DNA of 32,000 bases, taken from the NCBI RefSeq assembly GCF_027923225.1, contig NZ_BSDI01000004.1:186348-218347 (forward strand). Reading direction: 5' to 3'. The position numbers and the translations under genes are program-made. The notes under the pieces are model-generated. The model had not been told where the DNA came from. It ran no database searches and saw nothing but the letters and a program-made list of their open reading frames with translations. Shown piece after piece: positions 17,001 through 23,194 of this stretch; positions within the stretch are counted from its first letter, which is position 1, and every line of letters begins with the position of its first letter. The stretch is from Phytohabitans aurantiacus. GTDB taxonomy: Bacteria; Actinomycetota; Actinomycetes; Mycobacteriales; Micromonosporaceae.

Positions 17001-18089
17001 GTCGGCGAGGACCATCCATACACGCTGATGGCGGGCGGCAACCTTGCCGCCGACCTACGCGCCCGCGGTGAGTTGCACGAGGCGCACAGGCTCGATGAGG
17101 CGATCGAGGCGCGGTGGCGGGAGACCTTCGGCGACGACTATCCACGCACCCTGATCGCGGGACACAACCTCGCGGTCTCACTCCGCCTCATCGGCAACCT
17201 GCAGGACGCGCTGCGGCTTCAGGAACGGATCCTGCGACTCCGCCGCGCGGTGCACGGCGATCAGCATCCGTACACGCTGTACTCGTCCAGCAACTACGGA
17301 CGGGATCTGCGCGACACGGGCGATCTGCGGGAGTCGCACCGCGTACTTGAGACTGCGTTGGAACGGCACCGGCGTGTGCTCGGCGAGGATCATCCGGAGA
17401 CCCTCCGGACGGCGAAGAACCTCGCGGTGACGCTACGCAAGCTGGGCGAGTTCGAGCGGGCGCACGCACTGAGCGCCGAAACCCTGGAAGGGTCGCAAAG
17501 GCTGTTCGGTCCTCACCACCCCGACACCCTGGCGTGCGGCATGAACCTCGCCTGCGACGAAGCGGCTCTCGGCCACGACCGGAACGCACGACGACGCGCC
17601 ACACCCATCGTCGACCTCTCCCGCCAGACCGGCGGCGAAAACCACTTTGCCACCTTGGCCTACGCCAACAACCTGGCGATCTTCATGCGTAAGACCGGTG
17701 ACGCCGCCGGCGCACACAGCATCACGACCGATGTGATCAACCGTTTTATGGCGACGGTCGGCCACGAACATCCCTACACACTCGCTGCCCTGCTCAACAA
17801 CGGCAACGACGACTACGACCTGGGCAACTATGCCGAGGCCCGGTCGTCCGACGAACGCGCCTACGCGGAGTTCACGCGGGTCCTGGGGCCCGAGCATCCG
17901 GACACGCTGGCGGCCGCCAGCAATCTCGTGGCCAGCCGCAGGGCCGATGGCGATCCGGGCGCGGCACGCGAACTGTTGGCCGGGATACTGAACACCTACG
18001 ATCGCGTGCTAGGTGCGCACCACCCCAATACCATCGCCGCGCGGGAAGGTCGCCGGCTCAGCTGCGATCTGGAACCACCACCTACCTGA
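14082..18089 (+). CDS. fxsD: FxsD-type multidomain STAND protein: variant ParA/MinD-like ATPase (KGGTGRT) + TIR-like domain + NB-ARC NTPase + C-terminal TPR array
   Basis: 1335 aa. Residues 17-330 read IITFYSYKGGTGRTMAMANVAWILASNGLRVLIVDWDLESPGL...ILIDSRTG.SD, a ParA/MinD fold with Arg in place of the P-loop Lys. Residues 344-460 read LDIFISYAAVDRMWAEWIAGE...AIVLLSEDYIAS (TIR-like). Residues 505-700 read FTGRR..L..L......GLGGVGKTQIALEYAHR...YDIVWWV......LIIFDNADD....VLVTTRD......GDLPLAIEQAGAWL (NB-ARC Walker A/B, RNBS, GLPL). Residues ~900-1320 hold about ten TPR_10/12-type repeats (..GEDHPYTL....NLA..LR..G....A..L). Confidence 0.85.
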   Translation: MTARATASPADSAPAGGTIITFYSYKGGTGRTMAMANVAWILASNGLRVLIVDWDLESPGLHKYFHPFLTDKDLRASAGVIDMIRGHAEAMMRPIHDTETTQWLETHADVLSYVLPVEWSFRDKGFIELLPAGQQDSSYTETVRTFDWTAFYERLAGNAFLEALARNMRANYDYILIDSRTGVSDAAGICTVLLPDSVVDCFTMNAQSIDGAVAIAHSIVRQRVERPVRILPVPMRVEDAEQVKLDAGRDHARQNFAPFLGRDPEEVNRYWGDIEIPYKSFYAYEEILAPFGDRSHQEGSLLAAYERLTRIITRSQVQQVDAIEERVRRRWLAAFERRRTAGALDIFISYAAVDRMWAEWIAGEANDAGLRASMREIDSQPFPEPGNDPPSFLSNTSRAIVLLSEDYIASVKSATTWKTLAAREPVGGRPFIVPLRLDNVRLEAPFDEHIPIDLSGLHEQRAIDVVREALQQPVYPRSATPTEPDAPRRRFPATEPPLWSVPQRNGTFTGRRRALEALRNRMAASGSMANPQALHGLGGVGKTQIALEYAHRFKADYDIVWWVSAQQTSLVRASLSNLADALGRRAGESVTERIRSALEALRQGVPYRRWLIIFDNADDPDELREYVPQGHGHVLVTTRDNAWSRVAQMVDIGVFGREESVALLQRRIPNLPTADAETVAERLGDLPLAIEQAGAWLAATAMPVSHYLELLETQPLRMLEEDLPSDYQQSAAQPWLVSLDSLRQRSPAAAKLLEVCAFFASEPIPISLLYSDRFISMLLPFDPSLRERMLMAKAIREISRYALARVDTGRPAVGSQRRASDRSDEGGQSIQLHRLMQAVIRARLSPDERDENRKHVHEILAAANPDGPDEPENWPTYAELWPHLLPSKTLDSDLPDVRQLVYDMCRYMWKSYDYPTSQFLAEQAVEKWEEAFGADDPLTLMMRFNLATALRLQANYTPAYEIDRDIYARLGRVVGEDHPYTLMAGGNLAADLRARGELHEAHRLDEAIEARWRETFGDDYPRTLIAGHNLAVSLRLIGNLQDALRLQERILRLRRAVHGDQHPYTLYSSSNYGRDLRDTGDLRESHRVLETALERHRRVLGEDHPETLRTAKNLAVTLRKLGEFERAHALSAETLEGSQRLFGPHHPDTLACGMNLACDEAALGHDRNARRRATPIVDLSRQTGGENHFATLAYANNLAIFMRKTGDAAGAHSITTDVINRFMATVGHEHPYTLAALLNNGNDDYDLGNYAEARSSDERAYAEFTRVLGPEHPDTLAAASNLVASRRADGDPGAARELLAGILNTYDRVLGAHHPNTIAAREGRRLSCDLEPPPT

Positions 18090-18093
18090 CCCG

Positions 18094-19848
18094 TCAAACC
18101 GCCAGACACTCCACTGGCTCCAGCCAGGTCGCAAGCTCCAAAGGGTCGACCGTCCCGTCGCCCGTGCCGCTGAGTTCGCGATGGACCGCCATGCAGAGCT
18201 CCGGAAAGCGCAGTCGGGGGGCGTCGGGATCGCGTTGGCAGGCGAGAGCCAGCCCGATCCACGCGTCCACGCGATCGGTCGCCACGATCTCGGCCGCGTA
18301 CGCCCGACGCGCCGCGGGCAGATCACCCGCCGCCAACGCAATGTCGCCAACCGTCGCGTTCTCCCCCGCGGACAGCGCGGCGAACCGCGCGGGCTCGACG
18401 ATCCGCAACCGAGCCAGATCCAGGCGGGCGCTGCGCGTCAGCATCCGCCCGGCGCGCACCGTTTCCGTCGGCACCGGATCGCGAGGGCAGGGCATGCTCG
18501 CCTGCCAGGCAGACGCCAACCGCCGCACGGCGGCCGTCTCCGGCAGCCGGTTCCGTAGCTGCCAACCCACCCTGTGGTCGTCGGCGGCCTCCGCCGCCAT
18601 CGCCACAGTCACGGCATCGGCTGCCTCCTGCTGCCACGGCGATTGCGCGGCCCGCATCCCAGCAAGGAATTCCAGACCCAAGGACGTGAAGCGCCCCGAC
18701 GCTTCGAGGATGTCGAGCGTCCGCCACACGCGATCCCGCCAGCGTACGAACTCGACCTGGGCGAGCTGGCCGGGCCCTTCGGTCAGCAACCGCCGCTGCA
18801 CCCGCCAGAAATCCACGACACCGTGGAAGGCATACGCGCCTTGCAACAAAGCGCCGAGCGGACGGGGATCGTCGCGCCAGGGCGCATAGTGCCGTGGCCG
18901 GTCGTCCCTCTCGTACAGCGGCTGTATGTCGAGCAGCCCGCCGAGCTTCGCGTGCTGGAACTCGTGCAACAAGCCCAAGGCGAGCGCACGGCCGTTGACG
19001 GGCGGCGTCAGCGACACCGCCCCGAACGCCTCCATGCTCGTGACGTTCATGCCGTGATCGGGCCGCTCGCTGTGCAGCGGGACGATCGTCGTCAGGCCCG
19101 CGGCGATCGCCTCGGCGTACGAGCGGTGGTGCTCCACCAGAATGGGCCACGCGTCGTCCAAGAGCCGCTGCCAATGGCGGATGTCATCGTCGCTCAGCCG
19201 TCCCTCGGCGCCTAGTTGGTGGCAGTCGCGAAACGGATCGACATCGTCCACGGACAGCTCGATGCGCAGATCGGTGGCGGCACAGCGCAGGCGACGGACT
19301 GCCTGCCAGCCGCCCGCACTGTGCTCGATATGTTCCGGTACGACCACGGTCCCCAGCTGAGTGCGCCCGCCGATGTGCTCCAGACTGGCGGTGTGCGCAT
19401 CACCCAGGATCGCACGCCCGAGCCCCGGCAGGGTGACGCTGCCGCCGTACACCTTGACCTCGAACTTCGCGTCGACACCCGCCGTCATGGCGGCCACGAG
19501 CGCGACGCCGGCCATGTATTCGAGGCGTGCTTCCAGGCCGCCTTGGGCCTCGGATCCACCGCGGACCGCGCGCAGTGTGGCCGTCAACCACGCGCCAACA
19601 TGCGGCTGGAGCAGCAGTAGGCGTACGGCGGCCGGGGACCGGCGCTCGGCCGCCACCAGCACGTCGAAGTACTCGGCGATTCTGGCCGACCGCGCAGCGG
19701 CCACCAGCTGGCCGAGCATCAGTTGTCGCCTGCTCACCTGCGCGGCGCGGAGTCTGCCCACGATCCGGCCATCGCCGAGGCCGCTGGCAAGGGCCGCGAA
19801 GTCGGCGCTATCGAGGCGATGCGTCGTTTCCGGCGTCAGGAGTTCCAT
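18094..19848 (-). CDS. HExxH-motif protein of the Fxs system (putative peptide-modifying metalloenzyme; this family has been assigned as 2-oxoglutarate-dependent peptide beta-hydroxylases)
   Basis: The motif LGLLHEFQHAKLGGLLD has its HEFQH codons at 18952-18966. The N-terminus MELLTPETTHRLDSADFAALASGLGDGRIVGRLRAAQVSRRQLML looks like the conserved start of HEXXH-domain partners of FxsB. I chose the ATG at 19848. The track start at 19998 would overlap fxsB by 190 nt and adds a low-complexity, non-homologous stretch. Confidence 0.8.
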   Translation of the reverse strand: MELLTPETTHRLDSADFAALASGLGDGRIVGRLRAAQVSRRQLMLGQLVAAARSARIAEYFDVLVAAERRSPAAVRLLLLQPHVGAWLTATLRAVRGGSEAQGGLEARLEYMAGVALVAAMTAGVDAKFEVKVYGGSVTLPGLGRAILGDAHTASLEHIGGRTQLGTVVVPEHIEHSAGGWQAVRRLRCAATDLRIELSVDDVDPFRDCHQLGAEGRLSDDDIRHWQRLLDDAWPILVEHHRSYAEAIAAGLTTIVPLHSERPDHGMNVTSMEAFGAVSLTPPVNGRALALGLLHEFQHAKLGGLLDIQPLYERDDRPRHYAPWRDDPRPLGALLQGAYAFHGVVDFWRVQRRLLTEGPGQLAQVEFVRWRDRVWRTLDILEASGRFTSLGLEFLAGMRAAQSPWQQEAADAVTVAMAAEAADDHRVGWQLRNRLPETAAVRRLASAWQASMPCPRDPVPTETVRAGRMLTRSARLDLARLRIVEPARFAALSAGENATVGDIALAAGDLPAARRAYAAEIVATDRVDAWIGLALACQRDPDAPRLRFPELCMAVHRELSGTGDGTVDPLELATWLEPVECLAV

Positions 19849-21031
19849 CTTGGAGTCGTCCTTTGAGTACAGCGGCAAGATCGGCGTGAACGCGAGGAAG
19901 CACGTGACGAATGAGGCGACCAAGGTCAGCGCAGTAGACCGATGGATTACGGAAGCCCGTCTCCGCACGGTACCGGTGCGGATAGTAGCCGCCACCACAT
20001 ATCCGATGCAGCGGACAGGCCAGACAATCGTCGGAAAGTGCGTCTAGGCCGATCTGCCGGTCTTGGATCTCGGGGTGCTCCAGCACCTCGTCAAGGCTGT
20101 GGTCGAAGACGTTCATGCCGGTGTCGACAGCGCCTGGATACGTGGACCGCAGGGTGTCGATCTGCTCGTACGCGCCGTCGACGTCCACGACGACGGTCGC
20201 CACGGGGCTGAGGCCGATCGTCTCGATGCGGCTTGTGCCGCCCAGCGCTAGGCTGATTACTTCTTCGAAGAATCGAACGCGCGTTTCCCGAACTGGCGCG
20301 TCGTACCAACGATCGAAGGCGGCCACCAGCCAGTCGCCGTAGAGCGTGTCCCCCGCCGACCATCGCGGCGGAGGACTCGTCCAGTTCCCGTGCGGCAGCA
20401 GAAAGTCGATGGCGGGCGGATCATACTGGAGCAGACTGTCGAATGTAGATACCGGGTCGTTGTCCAGGTCGATGACGCTGAGGATGCCAGCGAAGTGTTC
20501 CGGACGAAGGCGCAACGAGCGCAGTGCCCGGTCCACCGCATCGAAGGAACTGCGACCGTTGGCGTACCGCCGATGCCGGTCGTTCGCCCGGCGGTCTCCG
20601 TCCAGGCTTACGCCGATGCGGATGCCTGCCTGGCACAAGCGATCGATCACGCGGTCGTCGAGCAGGACGCCGTTGGTCTGGACTGTGATGTCCACAATGG
20701 CCTGTGGTGCGACGGCGGCACGCACCCGGTCGGAAGCGCGCACAAGAGCGTCCACACCGACCATCATGGGCTCACCGCCGTGCAGCACGACCCGAAGCGG
20801 TCGCCCCGTATCGCCGACATGGTCGGCAATCCGTTCGCATACCCGATCTAGCACGCGGTCCGACATGGCCGAATTGACCTGTCGCCAAGCCGTGTCGGCC
20901 AGTTCGTACATGTAGCAGTAGTCGCAAGCCAGGTTGCACCGGGTGTGGAGCTTGAGCACGAACTCACGGAACGGCGTCCGCCGACGGTCGTGGGCTCGGA
21001 CCAGTGGCACAGCTACATGGCCGAGTTCCAA
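19808..21031 (-). CDS. fxsB: FxsB-family radical SAM / SPASM peptide maturase (cyclophane-forming)
   Basis: PFREFVLKLHTRCNLACDYCYMYE carries the CxxxCxxC radical-SAM cluster (codons at 20915-20938), and VVLHGGEPMM follows. The C-terminal SPASM-like Cys cluster reads DDCLACPLHRICGGGYYPHRY....G..NPSVYC. The start is either the TTG at 21031 (19-nt overlap with fxsA) or the GTG at 21010 (2 nt after the fxsA stop). Confidence 0.85.
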   Translation of the reverse strand: MELGHVAVPLVRAHDRRRTPFREFVLKLHTRCNLACDYCYMYELADTAWRQVNSAMSDRVLDRVCERIADHVGDTGRPLRVVLHGGEPMMVGVDALVRASDRVRAAVAPQAIVDITVQTNGVLLDDRVIDRLCQAGIRIGVSLDGDRRANDRHRRYANGRSSFDAVDRALRSLRLRPEHFAGILSVIDLDNDPVSTFDSLLQYDPPAIDFLLPHGNWTSPPPRWSAGDTLYGDWLVAAFDRWYDAPVRETRVRFFEEVISLALGGTSRIETIGLSPVATVVVDVDGAYEQIDTLRSTYPGAVDTGMNVFDHSLDEVLEHPEIQDRQIGLDALSDDCLACPLHRICGGGYYPHRYRAETGFRNPSVYCADLGRLIRHVLPRVHADLAAVLKGRLQDGTPDAGNDASPR

Positions 21032-21183
21032 CCAGCGACCGCGTCCTGCGGCCGGTCAATATCTTCTAGGATCCGGCGCAGGGAATGAGCGACGACTGAA
21101 CCGCCCAGCCTGGATAAGTCAGACAGACTGAGACCACTCAGATCAACCAGCTCAGGCTGGTTGTCATCAACCGTTGCATCCAC
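21013..21183 (-). CDS. fxsA: FxSxx-COOH-family RiPP precursor peptide (56 aa, C-terminus WNSAM), not in the supplied ORF track
   Basis: My translation of the minus strand from the GTG at 21183 gives MDATVDDNQPELVDLSGLSLSDLSRLGGSVVAHSLRRILEDIDRPQDAVAGWNSAM* with a TAG stop at 21015-21013. An in-frame TAA lies 4 codons upstream, so this GTG is the first possible start. An AAGGG RBS lies 6 nt upstream. The ORF sits immediately 5' of fxsB, and the last five residues fit aromatic-x-S-x-x-COOH. Confidence 0.75.
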   Translation of the reverse strand: MDATVDDNQPELVDLSGLSLSDLSRLGGSVVAHSLRRILEDIDRPQDAVAGWNSAM

Positions 21184-21454
21184 CCGGGGCCCTTACTAGT
21201 CGCAAACATTAAATAGTTGTTCGCGCCGGGGCCCGCAGAGGGCCTGCGGTGGCGCCGCTTGACATTAGCACTTCAAGCCGTCGCGCGCGCCATTTTAGCA
21301 CCCGATCGATGACCGCGCCACTGGGCCATTTGCACCAATGCACCCAATCGGCCGCCGAACGGGGAATAGCAGACAGGCGCCATTACAGATCACGGTCGTT
21401 CCGTTGCATACTGCTATCATCACGCCCGCATCGGATGCGACCCGGAGCGTTGCC

Positions 21455-23185
21455 GTGGCCCAGCCGAACGACCCGACCCAGCATCGTCCCGCCATCAACG
21501 CGCTCAGGCTCGGAATCACCGTGACGGCAGTCGTGTCCCTCCTGCTCGGCTATCTGGGACTGGACGCGTTCCTCAGCGGCTCTGATCAATACGGAAATAG
21601 GCCGATCGACCTCCTGTACTACGACGTCCAACTCTTCGTCCTGGGTGCCGACCCGCTCCAGCAACCCGGTCCCTACCCCTTGCTCCTTGAGATAGCTCGC
21701 CTGACAGCACCGCTGGCGACCATCACCGCTCTCGTGGAGGCGGCGCGGCTGCTCTTCGCCACCGAACTGCGAAGACTCCGCGCCCGGCGTGCTCGCGGTC
21801 ACGTCATCGTGTGCGGCGACACCTCGCTGGCCGGAATCCTCTCCCGCCGTCTCCATGCCGCTGGCCGGCGAGTCGTTCACGTACGAGCACAAGCCGAAGC
21901 CGTCCCGCCGAGTCCGTCGTATCCATTGATCGTGGTTGGCGACGCCCGGGACGCGGGCACCCTGACCGCCGCGGGGCTGAGCCGCGCCACCGCCCTGTAC
22001 GCCTGCGCGCACGAAAGCGCGACCAACATCGCCATCGGCCTGGCTGCTGGCCGTGAACGCCGCCTCCAGGGGCCGTCGCTGCCGATCTATACGCATGTGC
22101 CAGACCCGGACCTGTGCCTTACCCTGCAGGCCAGGTATCTCGGACTGCCGAATCCGCCCGGGGCTCGGCTCGACTTTTTCAACGTCGACGATCTGGCGGC
22201 CCGCAAGGTATTTCTGGAAGATCCGCTCGAGCCGGAGGTCAGGCCCCGGCAGTACATCCTGGTGGCTGGAACGACGCCGTTCGGACAAGCGCTCGCTGTG
22301 GAGGCTGCCCGCCATTGGCGACGAAGGCTCGCTCCGGATCCGAGTACCCGCCTCCGCATCGCGATCGTGGCCAGGAACGCCACCGAGACGCTCGCCAATC
22401 TCGCCCACCGCTATCCGTTTCTTCGACTCTCCTGTCGTCTCGACGCATACGACGCCGACCTCGTGGACATCCTGGCCACCGAGCTGGATGAGGCGCCCGA
22501 CCGCGCCTACATCTGTTACGCCAACGAAGAACGCGCCCTGAAAGCGGCACTTACCGCAGACCGGTACTGGCGAGGACGGAAGAACTGTGTCGTAGTGCGA
22601 CTGGACCAGCTCGCGGATTTCTCCGACGACGGTGGACTCGCCAGCCAGCTGCTCGACGACGGCCCTGCGCGGCTGCGGGTGTACGGCGTTCTGCGCGCCG
22701 CCTGCGATCCCGGGATGATCGCCGAAGATCTCGTGGAGCGCTTGGCTCGCGTCATCCACGACCGCTACCTGGTCGCGCGTCGCTCGCACGGCCAAGCCGA
22801 CAACTCCAGCCCGTCGATCGTTTCGTGGGAACGGTTGCCGCCGGAGCTGCGGCAGACCAACCGGGCACAGGCGGAGGACATCGGGCGGAAGTTGAGGGCC
22901 ATCGGTTATGTGCTCGTGCCACGGATGCGTGAGTCAGCAGATGAGGAAAGCATGAACGAGAACGAGATCGAACGGCTGGCGATGATGGAGCACGAACGGT
23001 GGTGCCTCGACCGCTTGGCGGCGGGTTGGCGCTACGGCGAGCGCCGTGATGACATCCGCAAGCTGCATCCGGCGCTTTGCGATTGGAGCAATCTCCCGCC
23101 GGACATCCGGGAGCGCAACCACGACGCCGTGCGAGAGGTACCTCTGATCCTCTCGGACGCCGGCTTCCAGCTGGTTCGGATCTGA
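21455..23185 (+). CDS. Membrane-associated protein with two Rossmann (TrkA-N-like NAD-binding) domains and two C-terminal RyR (ryanodine-receptor-type) domains
   Basis: The hydrophobic N-terminus reads LRLGITVTAVVSLLLGYLGLDAFL. Rossmann beta1-loop motifs are GHVIVCGDTSLAGILSRRLHAAGRRVVHV and QYILVAGTTPFGQALAVEAA. Two RyR repeats occupy ~22724-23182: ERLARVIHDRYLVARR......SIVSWERLPPELRQTNRAQAEDIGRKLRAIGYVL and ERLAMMEHERWCLDRLAAGWRYGERRDDIRKLHPALCDWSNLPPDIRERNHDAVREVPLILSDAGFQL. I prefer the GTG at 21455 (GGAG RBS 7 nt upstream) over the track ATG at 21338. Confidence 0.75.
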   Translation: MAQPNDPTQHRPAINALRLGITVTAVVSLLLGYLGLDAFLSGSDQYGNRPIDLLYYDVQLFVLGADPLQQPGPYPLLLEIARLTAPLATITALVEAARLLFATELRRLRARRARGHVIVCGDTSLAGILSRRLHAAGRRVVHVRAQAEAVPPSPSYPLIVVGDARDAGTLTAAGLSRATALYACAHESATNIAIGLAAGRERRLQGPSLPIYTHVPDPDLCLTLQARYLGLPNPPGARLDFFNVDDLAARKVFLEDPLEPEVRPRQYILVAGTTPFGQALAVEAARHWRRRLAPDPSTRLRIAIVARNATETLANLAHRYPFLRLSCRLDAYDADLVDILATELDEAPDRAYICYANEERALKAALTADRYWRGRKNCVVVRLDQLADFSDDGGLASQLLDDGPARLRVYGVLRAACDPGMIAEDLVERLARVIHDRYLVARRSHGQADNSSPSIVSWERLPPELRQTNRAQAEDIGRKLRAIGYVLVPRMRESADEESMNENEIERLAMMEHERWCLDRLAAGWRYGERRDDIRKLHPALCDWSNLPPDIRERNHDAVREVPLILSDAGFQLVRI

Positions 23186-23194
23186 GGAAAACCC

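Noticed and set aside
19849-19998. Longer start (19998) for the HExxH gene
   Set aside because: It would overlap fxsB by 190 nt and add a 50-aa segment (MVAATIRTGTVRRRASVIHRSTALTLVASF...) that is unlike the conserved N-terminus, which begins at MELLTPETTH.
21223-21256. GC-rich imperfect hairpin (ccgcag-agggc-ctgcgg, with flanking gcgcc/ggcgc) upstream of fxsA, considered as a terminator or attenuator
   Set aside because: The stem is only 6 bp, or 5 bp in the alternative pairing, with poor flanking complementarity. Such short GC palindromes occur by chance at this GC content, and no gene ends here.
21338-21454. ATG-initiated 39-aa extension of the RyR-domain gene, and the overlapping 91-aa ORF 21249..21524
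   Set aside because: There is no RBS at 21338, whereas the GTG at 21455 has a GGAG RBS at correct spacing. The region is AT-richer and looks like promoter/leader DNA. The 91-aa ORF is Arg/Ser-rich with no motif.
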